DNA of 36,899 nt from Acidobacteriota bacterium (GTDB lineage Bacteria > Acidobacteriota > Blastocatellia > Pyrinomonadales > Pyrinomonadaceae), in assembly GCA_024640445.1 (NCBI GenBank), contig JAHEEZ010000002.1, positions 1-36,899 on the forward strand, written 5' to 3'. A program made the position numbers and the translations under genes. Every line of letters starts with the position of its first letter. The first letter of the stretch is position 1. The notes under the pieces are model-generated. The model made no database searches, had not been told where the DNA came from, and saw only the letters and a list, made by a program, of their open reading frames with translations. Positions 24,938 to 33,558 of the stretch are shown here, one piece after another.

Positions 24938-25897
24938 GTGGCGTTTTACGATGCAACATATTTGACCAGCAGAACGGATCCGGGCCCGCTCCTACGCTTC
25001 GCAGCAGTGCTCGCCACCTGCCTTCTTTTCTCCCTTGCCGTATTTTCCCAGACATCGCTATCTCAACCTGACAAAGAAACGTTGATCGTATACGACGCCC
25101 CGGAAATGGAGATCTTCTCTTTCGGGAAGACCGTGATCGTGAAGAACGAGGCGAAGGGCGTGCTGTCTTTCGGCGGAGACGTGATCGTAGAAGGCAAGGT
25201 GTCCGGGGAAGTGGCTACCATCGGCGGATCTGTTATTCAGAAGAAGGGTGCCTTTATCGGCGGAGACGTGATCATCTTTGGTGGAAGCTACAAACCGGAA
25301 GTAAGGGAACCGCTCAGGACAGATGGCAAACAGACCGTCGTTTACGCGGGCTACGAAGACGAACTGAGGAGTATTGCAAAGAATCCGAGCCAGATATTTT
25401 CGCCGGAGTTCTCTGCCGCATTCCTTGTGCAGCGATTTCTTTCGCTTCTGTTTTGGTTCGGGATCTCGCTGGTGATCTCATTCATCACGCCGGGTTCGGT
25501 AAGCCGCGCATCCGCGCGCATTCAGCTGTCCCCGCTCAAGGTGTTCGGAATTGGGAGCCTTAGCTTTATCGTCATCACTCTCGGAGTGATGTTGTCACTC
25601 GGTTTCCTTCCGGGATTCGTCAGCGGTGTGATCGGACTGATGGCGTTTGTGGTCGTGATGCTTGCTTATGTGTTCGGCCGGGTAGTACTTCAAGCCGGCC
25701 TCGGCAAATTTCTGGTCAGAATGTTTTCTTCAGGAAAGCCCTCCGATACAATTTCACTCCTCGCGGGCGCATTTGTGTGGACCCTTCTCCTTTCGATCCC
25801 GTATGTATGGACGGCAGCGCTGTTCGTACTCTTTACGGCCAGCCTGGGACTCGTTTTCACGGCGCGCAGACGCACCGAGCCGTGGGAAGCGGCCTGA
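24938..25897 (+). CDS. Membrane protein with a bactofilin-like (polymer-forming beta-helix) repeat region and four C-terminal TM segments
   Basis: Signal/anchor LLRFAAVLATCLLFSLAVFS. Repeats: GKTVIVKNEAKGVLSFGGDVIVEGKVSGEVATIGGSVIQKKGAFIGGDVIIFGGSY. Hydrophobic C-terminal half. GTG start 2 nt after the anti-sigma stop. Confidence 0.6.
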   Translation: MAFYDATYLTSRTDPGPLLRFAAVLATCLLFSLAVFSQTSLSQPDKETLIVYDAPEMEIFSFGKTVIVKNEAKGVLSFGGDVIVEGKVSGEVATIGGSVIQKKGAFIGGDVIIFGGSYKPEVREPLRTDGKQTVVYAGYEDELRSIAKNPSQIFSPEFSAAFLVQRFLSLLFWFGISLVISFITPGSVSRASARIQLSPLKVFGIGSLSFIVITLGVMLSLGFLPGFVSGVIGLMAFVVVMLAYVFGRVVLQAGLGKFLVRMFSSGKPSDTISLLAGAFVWTLLLSIPYVWTAALFVLFTASLGLVFTARRRTEPWEAA

Positions 25898-26060
25898 AAT
25901 GTACGATTGCCCCCAATCCTATTGACCTTACTTAACACCCGGTTTACAAATCTTTACAAAATGGTAAAGACCTATTCTATAGAATAATCGTCTTACGGGT
26001 TGTCCGGAAAATTCATATTTACTTCAGACTTTCAGGCAGGTTCAGGGGGATAATTACATA

Positions 26061-27257
26061 ATGCGCATTACTACCGTAGCCGCGATGATCGCGGCCGTAT
26101 TCATTTCAACAAGCTCCTTATTTGCCCAAGACGGGCTCCCCGACATCGGTATCAAAGAAAATCTCGCTCTTGGAGTTGTAAAACAGGTCGGTAGCCAGAA
26201 GATAGTTGTTGAGACCAAAGACGGAGTCATAGATTCGGTCCTCGTGTCCACAACGTCCTTCAAGCGCCTCTCTCCTGACAATCTGAGCCTTAAGGCTGCG
26301 ACTCCTTCCAGTCTGGCAGATGTCACAGTCGGAGATCGCGTCCTCCTGACGGGGAAAGTATCCGAAGACAAGAAGACCATAATCACGACCGCCGTTTATT
26401 TGGTAAAAGGGAGCGATCTTGCCGAGCAGCAGGCGAAGCAGAGGGCGGAATGGCAGCAACGCGGGATCGCGGGCCGTGTGAAGGCCGTTGACCCGGCAAC
26501 AGGTGAGATCACGGTTGAAATGCGCGGAATCATGGGCGCCCCGACAACTTTGAAAGTGACCGCCAAGCCGGGCGCCAGATTTCTTAAGTATTCATCGGAA
26601 TCTGTAAGGTACGCAGATGCGGTCTCAGGCGGGATCGACCAGATCGGGCCTGAGGATATGATCCACGCTCTCGGTGACAAGAGTACGGACGGCACATCAT
26701 TTTTGGCCGAAGAGGTGATCACCGGAACTTTTCAGACTGTTGCCGGAACGATCAAGTCAGTCGATCCTGAAAAGAACGAAGTCGTAATTACTGATCTTAA
26801 GACGAAGCAGGACGTAACGATCCAGATCAAACCTTCGTCGTTGCTGAAGAGGTTTCCTGAGGAGATCGCCCAGAGGCTTGCCAGGTTCCAGATGATGATG
26901 GCTTCGGGCGCCGTACCGCAGGGCGGTGCAGCCGGCGGCAACAGGCAGACACAGACGAGGCCAGCCGGAGAAGGCGGACAGGGAAGGCCGGGAATGCAGG
27001 GAGGCGGAATGCGCGGCGATATCAACGATATGCTGAACCGGTTTCCGACGATCACCGCAGCCGATCTTAAGGCCGGCGAGATAATCGCCGTCTCAAGCCC
27101 CAAGAGCGCAGATCCTGGCCGCATGACCGCGATCAAACTCCTTGCGGGCGTAGAACCATTTATTACTATGCAACAGGCTTCATCCGGCGGACGCCGGGGT
27201 GGCCAGGGCGTGTCGGGCGGACTGAACATTCCCGGACTCGACAGCGTGGAATTCTAG
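26061..27257 (+). CDS. Secreted repeat protein (DUF5666-like small beta-barrel repeats) with Gly/Arg/Met/Gln-rich segments
   Basis: Signal peptide MRITTVAAMIAAVFISTSSLFAQ. Repeated G-x-[VI]K-x-V...I-x-V modules (GVVKQVGSQKIVVETKDG, GRVKAVDPATGEITVEMRG, GTIKSVDPEKNEVVITDLK). Confidence 0.6.
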   Translation: MRITTVAAMIAAVFISTSSLFAQDGLPDIGIKENLALGVVKQVGSQKIVVETKDGVIDSVLVSTTSFKRLSPDNLSLKAATPSSLADVTVGDRVLLTGKVSEDKKTIITTAVYLVKGSDLAEQQAKQRAEWQQRGIAGRVKAVDPATGEITVEMRGIMGAPTTLKVTAKPGARFLKYSSESVRYADAVSGGIDQIGPEDMIHALGDKSTDGTSFLAEEVITGTFQTVAGTIKSVDPEKNEVVITDLKTKQDVTIQIKPSSLLKRFPEEIAQRLARFQMMMASGAVPQGGAAGGNRQTQTRPAGEGGQGRPGMQGGGMRGDINDMLNRFPTITAADLKAGEIIAVSSPKSADPGRMTAIKLLAGVEPFITMQQASSGGRRGGQGVSGGLNIPGLDSVEF

Positions 27258-27276
27258 ACTTTAATAATGACTGATA

Positions 27277-27304
27277 ACCGGGCTCTTCGCCCGGTCTTTC
27301 TCTC
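27277..27304 (+). terminator. Rho-independent terminator-like hairpin
   Basis: ACCGGGC (27277-27283), loop TCTTC, GCCCGGT (27289-27295), followed by CTTTCTCTC. Confidence 0.55.
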
Positions 27305-27331
27305 GAATATTTGTGATAAAGAGGAATCATA

Positions 27332-30298
27332 ATGAAACAAGCAATAGTTAGTTTTACGTTGCTCGCGTTCCTGTTTGGGGCAGTTGCAGCTGCATTTGCT
27401 CAGCAAGGCGGCACCTTGAAAGGGCAAGTGTCAGACAGCCTTGGGGACGCGGTCGTAGGTGCCACGGTGACTGCAGTTGACCGTAGCGGAAAAGAAAAAA
27501 GCACAGTCACCAACGCTTCCGGCAACTACACAATCTCCGGCCTTGCGCCCGGAAGATACACCATCAAAGCGTCGGCAGAGAGCTTCGAGATATATGAAGC
27601 GACCGATGTCGACGTTATCGCCGGCAAGCAATCGGAGTTTCCGATCATCCTGAGCGTCGAAGGCGTCAAGGAAGAAGTTTCGATCAGTGACGAAGGTCAG
27701 GTGAACACCGATCCTCAGAACAACGCAAGCGCGCTTGTGCTGAAGGAAGAAGATCTGGCATCTCTTCCGGACGATCCGGACGATCTTGAAGCAGCGCTTC
27801 AGGCTTTGGCAGGGGGCGCAGCGGGACCGAACGGCGGCCAGATCTACATTGACGGCTTCGAAGGCGGAAATCTGCCTCCGAAGGAGTCGATCCGCGAGAT
27901 CAGGATCAACCAGAATCCATTCTCCGCGGAATTCGACAGGCTGGGATTCGGCCGGATCGAGATCCTCACCAAACCCGGATCGGACAAGTTCCGGGGACAG
28001 GGATTCTTTAATTTCAACAACGATGCGCTAAATACGCGTAACCCGTACTCCGAGAACAAGGCCGATAGTCAAAGGATGTTCTATGGCGGAAACATCAGCG
28101 GTCCGATCATCAAGAACAAGGCGTCATTCTTTCTATCGATTGATAATCGCCAGATCGACAACGGTTCCATCGTCAATGCGACGGTTATCGACAGCAATTA
28201 CAATATCGTGCCCTTTCAGCAGGAGTTCACGATACCCAGCAGGCGATTTTCGATCGGTCCGCGCTTCGATTATCAGATTAACGATAACAACACGATCGTC
28301 GCCCGCTATGAATACGAGAGGCGAACCTCAGAAAATCAAGGAGTCGGCGGCTTCTCACTCCCGTCGCGCGCCACTACTTCGACGAACACCGAACAGACAT
28401 TTCAGATAACTGAAACGGCGATCCTGAACGCAAAGACGATCAACGAGACCAGGTTCCAGTTTAGGGACGACAACACCGATCAAACGGGTGATAATTCGAT
28501 TCCGACCATTAACGTTTCCGACGCCTTTACGGGCGGCGGATCTTCAATCGGGCTTAATTTCGATATAGAGAAATCCTGGGAGCTCCAGAACTACACTACG
28601 ACGGTTCTCGGGGGAGATGGTCAACACAGTGTGAAGTTCGGTGCCCGAGTAAGAGGCAGCAAGCTTAAGGATCAGTCGGCTTCGAATTACGGCGGAACGT
28701 TCACTTTTGCGGGATTCGTCGATGACAACGGTACTCCGGATGATTCGACTGATGATATCTTTGTCAGTTCGATCGAGCAGTACCGCCAGGAACTTCTCGG
28801 AAATCCGGATCCCAGGAACAATCCGAACCAGTACAGCATTACCTCCGGAAATCCCCTCGCCACAGTTTCGCAATATGATTTTGGGGCGTTCTTCACAGAT
28901 GATTGGCGGATCAACCCGGGACTCACGCTCAGCTTTGGTTTGAGATACGAGAATCAGACGAACATTGATGACAACTTTAACTTTGCTCCGAGACTGAGCT
29001 TTGCATATTCTCCTGGCGCAGGTGGGGCGAGCGCGCCCAAGACGGTATTCCGGGGCGGTTTCGGGATGTTCTACAGCCGGTTCAGTGACAATTACACGCT
29101 TCAGGCACGCCGTCTTGACGGCGTCCAGCAACAGCAGTACATAATCGGGACGGGAAACCCGATCCTTGCGCTTCCCGTATTCACGCTTGACAGTGTGAGC
29201 AATGTTCCTACCGCCGATCAACTGGCAATGTTCGCCCCGAGATCGAACACACCGCGGGTCATTTCGCCGGAAACTCAGGCACCGTATACGATCCAGGGAG
29301 CATTGAGTGTTGAGAGACAACTGCCCGGTCGTTCCACGATCTCTGTTTACTATGTTGCCTCGCGTGATCTTCACCAGATCCGCTCCAGGAATACAAACGC
29401 TCCGGTCTGTCCCTCGGGCTTTGACTGTCCGGTTGACCCCATAGCGCTCAACGCTCTGAGGCCGGATCCCTCGATCGGCAATGTTTACCAGTATGAATCC
29501 AGCGGTTTCTCGAACAGTCAGAGGCTGATAGTCAGTTTTCGGACATTCCTGAGCCAGAAGTTCACGATATTCAGCAATTACATACTGGCAAGGTCGAAGA
29601 GCAACTCCGATGGCGGATTTCCTTCGTACAGCTACGACATAAGCGAAGATTACGGGGACTCAGGTTTCGACACTCGCCACACGTTCTTCATGGGAGGATC
29701 GATCGGCGTGCCTTACGGCATCAGCCTCAGGCCTTTCATAATCGCGAGGTCGGGCAGCCCGTTCGACATTACCTCGGGGCAGGATAGCAACGGGGACTCG
29801 CTCTTTAATGACCGGCCGACGTATGGCGAGCTTTCTGCGAGATGTTCGGAACTTGCTCTCACGGATTCCTGGTGTGACGTGTCGGGCTATTCATCAGATG
29901 CGATATTGCCAAGGAACTTCGGACGTGGCCCTGCCTTTTTTACCGTAAACCTGGGTCTCGACAAGACTTTCGGGTTTGGTTCCGCAGGCGGTGACACGGC
30001 CGGGCAGTCAGGCGGCGGCGGTGGAATTCCCGGAATGGGAAGACGCGGCGGCGGTGATCGCGGCGGCCGGGGAGGCGGAGGAATGTTTGGAGGCGGAAGC
30101 GAACGGAGCCGATATAACCTTACCGTCGGAGTGAGGGTTTCCAACCTTCTTAACACGAATAACCCGAACACGCCGGTCGGCAACCTCAGTTCAGCGCTTT
30201 TCGGTCAGTCCACAAACACTGCCGGAGGCTTTGGAAGGGGCGGCGGAAACTCAGGCGGAAACCGAACGGTCGAGTTCCAGACGAGATTCCGCTTCTAA
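27332..30298 (+). CDS. TonB-dependent-receptor-like outer membrane protein with N-terminal carboxypeptidase-regulatory-like domain
   Basis: Signal peptide. CarboxypepD_reg pattern GTLKGQVSDSLGDAVVGATVTAVD...TNASGNYTISGLAPGRYTI. Plug-like IYIDGFEGGNLPPKESIREIRINQNPFSAEFDRLGFGRIEILTKPG. Long beta-barrel region ending in the OMP-type terminal F (TRFRF). Confidence 0.85.
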   Translation: MKQAIVSFTLLAFLFGAVAAAFAQQGGTLKGQVSDSLGDAVVGATVTAVDRSGKEKSTVTNASGNYTISGLAPGRYTIKASAESFEIYEATDVDVIAGKQSEFPIILSVEGVKEEVSISDEGQVNTDPQNNASALVLKEEDLASLPDDPDDLEAALQALAGGAAGPNGGQIYIDGFEGGNLPPKESIREIRINQNPFSAEFDRLGFGRIEILTKPGSDKFRGQGFFNFNNDALNTRNPYSENKADSQRMFYGGNISGPIIKNKASFFLSIDNRQIDNGSIVNATVIDSNYNIVPFQQEFTIPSRRFSIGPRFDYQINDNNTIVARYEYERRTSENQGVGGFSLPSRATTSTNTEQTFQITETAILNAKTINETRFQFRDDNTDQTGDNSIPTINVSDAFTGGGSSIGLNFDIEKSWELQNYTTTVLGGDGQHSVKFGARVRGSKLKDQSASNYGGTFTFAGFVDDNGTPDDSTDDIFVSSIEQYRQELLGNPDPRNNPNQYSITSGNPLATVSQYDFGAFFTDDWRINPGLTLSFGLRYENQTNIDDNFNFAPRLSFAYSPGAGGASAPKTVFRGGFGMFYSRFSDNYTLQARRLDGVQQQQYIIGTGNPILALPVFTLDSVSNVPTADQLAMFAPRSNTPRVISPETQAPYTIQGALSVERQLPGRSTISVYYVASRDLHQIRSRNTNAPVCPSGFDCPVDPIALNALRPDPSIGNVYQYESSGFSNSQRLIVSFRTFLSQKFTIFSNYILARSKSNSDGGFPSYSYDISEDYGDSGFDTRHTFFMGGSIGVPYGISLRPFIIARSGSPFDITSGQDSNGDSLFNDRPTYGELSARCSELALTDSWCDVSGYSSDAILPRNFGRGPAFFTVNLGLDKTFGFGSAGGDTAGQSGGGGGIPGMGRRGGGDRGGRGGGGMFGGGSERSRYNLTVGVRVSNLLNTNNPNTPVGNLSSALFGQSTNTAGGFGRGGGNSGGNRTVEFQTRFRF

Positions 30299-30322
30299 GT
30301 GAATTTGCGATCAGTTGGATTT

Positions 30323-30361
30323 CGGAGGCGAATGCCGCTTTGGCTTTCGCCTCCGTTTTTG
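30323..30361 (+). terminator. Rho-independent terminator after the OMP gene
   Basis: CGGAGGCGAA (30323-30332) pairs with TTCGCCTCCG (30346-30355), followed by TTTTT. It lies inside the 5' extension of the ORF starting at 30299, which favours ATG 30404. Confidence 0.5.
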
Positions 30362-30403
30362 TATTCTGAAAACGTTGCTACGCACTTTTTCAAGGTAAAA
30401 ATT

Positions 30404-31123
30404 ATGAAGAGATCTTTGATCATGTTGCTCGTAGTCTTTCTGGCATTTCTGTGGACCGCGAACGCAAGGTCTTTCGCTTTGCCACGGACCTTGGAGGAAA
30501 CCCCGGCCGCCGCAGAGGCAAAGAAGGCCTTTGACGCCCACGGCGGGGAGAAACTGAAAGGGATGAACACGCTGGTCGTCAACGGTTCCGTGGACATAAC
30601 CGTTTCTTCATTCCAGCAGGCGATCCCGGCGACATTTTCGACAGTGTTCTCCGGAGAAATGTACCTTCTTGAGGTGAACAGCCAGATTGCGGGATTCAGG
30701 CAGACGTTCGACGGCGTCAACACCGTCACCGTCCCGGAACGCGGATTCGCACTTCCGCCCATAAACCGGATCGGACTTGCCCTTTTGCAAAGATATGCGG
30801 ATAAAGGTTTTACAGTGTCCGAGACTGGCGACAAAGACCGAAAGGGTTTTCGGATAACGAGTCCGGAAGGATTCTTTACAGATTTCTATACAGACAAGAA
30901 GACCGGCCTCATAAAGGAGTATGAGGCTAGCTATGTCGTCGCAGGCCGAAATGCCACTACCGCGGTCGAGGTAAAGAAATACGAATTGAAAGACGGAATC
31001 AGCATTCCCTCCAAATACGATCAGCGTTTCGATGTCGCCGGGATGACCGTCTATGCGGCGTTCAAGGCTAAGGAGATCACCGTTAACTCGGAGATCCCGC
31101 GCGAGACCTTCGGCGGGAGCTGA
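30404..31123 (+). CDS. Small secreted protein, function unknown (possibly a LolA-like fold)
   Basis: Signal peptide MKRSLIMLLVVFLAFLWTANARSFA, then a beta-rich ~215-aa body. No catalytic motif recognised. Confidence 0.5.
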   Translation: MKRSLIMLLVVFLAFLWTANARSFALPRTLEETPAAAEAKKAFDAHGGEKLKGMNTLVVNGSVDITVSSFQQAIPATFSTVFSGEMYLLEVNSQIAGFRQTFDGVNTVTVPERGFALPPINRIGLALLQRYADKGFTVSETGDKDRKGFRITSPEGFFTDFYTDKKTGLIKEYEASYVVAGRNATTAVEVKKYELKDGISIPSKYDQRFDVAGMTVYAAFKAKEITVNSEIPRETFGGS

Positions 31124-31322
31124 AAAGACTGAGATAGGGAAGAAAGATCTGACGACGGAGACACAGAGGCGCAGAGAACTTCCAGTCGGAAAGACGCATT
31201 CGGAATTCAAACTTACGCTTTGGAACGGCGCAAGATCTCTTCCACAAAAGACTCTTCGCGATCTGCGGTGAAATCTCTTTATGCCCGTCGCTGCCGCTCC
31301 GGGTACTTACTTCGGGGAACGG

Positions 31323-31359
31323 ATAAAAGAAAAGCGCGGCGAACATCGTCCACCGCGCT
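31323..31359 (-). terminator. Rho-independent terminator downstream of frr
   Basis: On the minus strand: AGCGCGG, 13-nt loop, CCGCGCT, followed by TTTCTTTTAT. Confidence 0.6.
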
Positions 31360-31382
31360 GCTCAGATCCATTATCAGATCAC

Positions 31383-31943
31383 TCACACCGTCAGGATCTC
31401 GTCTTCCTTGTGCTTCGCAAGTTCATCGATCTTCGCCACGAACTCATTCGTCAGCTTCTGTACTTCATCGAGCCCTATCCTCTCGTTGTCTTCCGATATT
31501 TCCTTGTCGTTCAGAAGCTTTTTAAGCAGGGAATTCGAGTGCTGCCGTACGTTCCTGACCGCGATCTTGTGCTCTTCCGCGATCTCGTGGACCTGTTTTG
31601 CCAGCTGTTGCCTGCGCTCTTCGTTCAGAGGCGGTATCGGAAGCCTGATCATTTTTCCGTCGTTTGAAGGATTGATCCCAAGGTTCGCCGTGTTTATCGC
31701 TCTTTCGATCGCTTCGATCTGCGAAGTGTCCCAGGGCTGAATGGTGATCATCTGAGGCTCCGGCACGTTGACCGACGCCATCTGGGTGAGCGGGGTTGGC
31801 GAACCATAGTAGTCGACGACTATGTTGTCCAGTATGCTCGTGCTCGCACGTCCGGTCCGGACGCCCGCGAGTTTCCTCTTCAGGTCATCGATGACGGCAG
31901 CCATCTTTGGTTTCGTTTCATTGACAACGGCATTCATTCCCAT
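31383..31943 (-). CDS. frr: Ribosome recycling factor
   Basis: 186 aa with LAGVRTGRASTSILDNIVVDYYGSPTPLTQMASVNVPEPQMITIQPWD and the C-terminal helices typical of RRF. Conserved pyrH-frr synteny. Confidence 0.95.
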   Translation of the reverse strand: MGMNAVVNETKPKMAAVIDDLKRKLAGVRTGRASTSILDNIVVDYYGSPTPLTQMASVNVPEPQMITIQPWDTSQIEAIERAINTANLGINPSNDGKMIRLPIPPLNEERRQQLAKQVHEIAEEHKIAVRNVRQHSNSLLKKLLNDKEISEDNERIGLDEVQKLTNEFVAKIDELAKHKEDEILTV

Positions 31944-31977
31944 AGCTTTTTCTTCAGTTCTCAGATCCGAATGGTGA

Positions 31978-32718
31978 TTATTGTGCTGTCTGAGACTCGC
32001 CCTCGGCGGTAACGAGCGTACCGATCGAGGTGTCCCCTTCGACCGCCTTCATTATGTTCCCGCCGATCTTCATATTGAAGACCATTATCGGCAGGTTATT
32101 GTCCATACAGAGCGAGATCGCAGACGAATCCATAACTTTCAAACGCTTTTCGAGCACTTCCTGGTACGAGATCCTGTCGAAACGAACCGCCTCGCTGTTG
32201 CTCATCGGGTCGTCAGAATAGATCCCGTCCACTTTCGTCGCCTTCATTATCACATCGGCGCGGATCTCAAGTGCGCGAAGCGCCGCGGCAGAATCCGTGG
32301 TGAAGTAAGGGTTTCCCGTCCCGGCGCCAAGAATGACGACGCGACCCTTTTCAAGGTGTCTGATCGCCCTTCGCCGTATGAACGGCTCGGCAAGCTGCGG
32401 AATGTCGATCGCGGACATCACCCGTGTAAAGACGTCGCATTTCTCAAGCGCGTCCTGCAGGACCACAGCATTCATGACCGTCGCGAGCATTCCGATGTAA
32501 TCGGCTGCCGCGCGGTCCATGTTTCCTGCCGACGCGGAAACGCCGCGGAAGATGTTGCCTCCACCGCAGACGATCGCTACCTCCACTCCGAGCTCATAAA
32601 CGGCCTTGATCTCCTTCGCGATGGACTTTGCCACCTTGGTGTCAATGCCGTAGTTCTGGTCACCCATAAGGGCTTCCCCGGAGATCTTGAGGAGGATTCG
32701 CTTGTACGCCGGTTTCAT
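31978..32718 (-). CDS. pyrH: UMP kinase
   Basis: [15 protein letters not shown]...[13 protein letters not shown]...[12 protein letters not shown]...[21 protein letters not shown]. Confidence 0.96.
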   Translation of the reverse strand: MKPAYKRILLKISGEALMGDQNYGIDTKVAKSIAKEIKAVYELGVEVAIVCGGGNIFRGVSASAGNMDRAAADYIGMLATVMNAVVLQDALEKCDVFTRVMSAIDIPQLAEPFIRRRAIRHLEKGRVVILGAGTGNPYFTTDSAAALRALEIRADVIMKATKVDGIYSDDPMSNSEAVRFDRISYQEVLEKRLKVMDSSAISLCMDNNLPIMVFNMKIGGNIMKAVEGDTSIGTLVTAEGESQTAQ

Positions 32719-32793
32719 ATTTTCAGGGGAGCGTGTGCCTTTCGAGGATCCGAAGGTGCAGTGGCGCCAACGGATCCTTAATGAAAGACCGAT

Positions 32794-33459
32794 CTAGCTT
32801 CCAACCATCGATGCGACCTCGGACACGAAATCGTCCTGACGCTTTTCGATGCCTTCGCCCATTTTATACCGAGCAAACCGCCTGACCGAAATGTTCTCTT
32901 TGATCGCGGCTATCTTTTCTGTGACCAGGTCCCCGATCGTCTTGCTGGGATCCTTGATATAGGGCTGTTCAAGAAGCACTATTTCTTCATAAAATTTGTT
33001 GAGACGCCCGTCTATGATCTTCTGGAGAACTTCATCAGGCTTGCTTGCATTCTTTTCGTCGTTCTTGAGCTGCTCAAGCAGTATCTCGCGTTCCTTGGCT
33101 ACCTCGGTTTCGGGCACTTCCTCGCGCTTTACATACCTCGGATCTGTGGCGGCGATATGCATCGCGACGTCCTTGACGAGTTGCTGGAACTCATCTCCGC
33201 GTGAGACGAAGTCGCTTTCACAGTTGATCTCGACAAGCACTCCGACCTTTCCGCCCATATGAATGTAAGATCCGACCGCGCCTTCTGCCGCGACTCTTCC
33301 CGACTTCTTGCTCGCCGTAGCCATCCCCTTCTTCCTGAGGATCTCGATAGCCTGTTCAACACTTCCGTCAGCCTCGACGAGGGCGGTCTTGCAGTCGACC
33401 ATTCCCGCGCCGGTCTTTTCGCGCAGGTCCTTGATCATGCTAGCTGTAATGTCTGCCAT
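32794..33459 (-). CDS. tsf: Translation elongation factor Ts (short form)
   Basis: [42 protein letters not shown] (UBA-like N-domain) plus the EF-Ts core. Conserved rpsB-tsf synteny. Confidence 0.95.
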   Translation of the reverse strand: MADITASMIKDLREKTGAGMVDCKTALVEADGSVEQAIEILRKKGMATASKKSGRVAAEGAVGSYIHMGGKVGVLVEINCESDFVSRGDEFQQLVKDVAMHIAATDPRYVKREEVPETEVAKEREILLEQLKNDEKNASKPDEVLQKIIDGRLNKFYEEIVLLEQPYIKDPSKTIGDLVTEKIAAIKENISVRRFARYKMGEGIEKRQDDFVSEVASMVGS

Positions 33460-33492
33460 AATTTAACTCCAATATAATCAAAAGTTTTGCTT

Positions 33493-33538
33493 AAAAAAAG
33501 GCGTAGCCCATTGTTCAACAACTGAAAGGAGCTACGCC
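33493..33538 (-). terminator. Intra-operon terminator/attenuator hairpin between rpsB and tsf
   Basis: On the minus strand: GGCGTAGC, 23-nt loop, GCTACGCC, followed by TTTTTTT. About 35 nt upstream of the tsf start. Confidence 0.5.
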
Positions 33539-33558
33539 GGGTCAACAAATGTAATGTT

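Noticed and set aside
24309-25055. 248-aa antisense ORF opposite the anti-sigma gene
   Set aside because: Arg/Lys-rich composition and no motifs. The sense-strand zf-HC2 anti-sigma reading, with operon logic, is much better supported.
28544-29374. 276-aa antisense ORF inside the OMP gene
   Set aside because: Opposite a continuous 988-aa OMP frame with signal peptide, plug and terminal Phe. Considered a shadow.
23707-30298. FecI/FecR/TonB-transducer type cell-surface signalling system
   Set aside because: The anti-sigma is zf-HC2 type rather than FecR-like. The OMP has a CarboxypepD_reg N-domain rather than an STN signalling domain, and two other genes intervene.
31981-32781. 266-aa plus-strand ORF opposite pyrH
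   Set aside because: pyrH on the minus strand is unambiguous. The antisense frame is Arg/His-rich and featureless.
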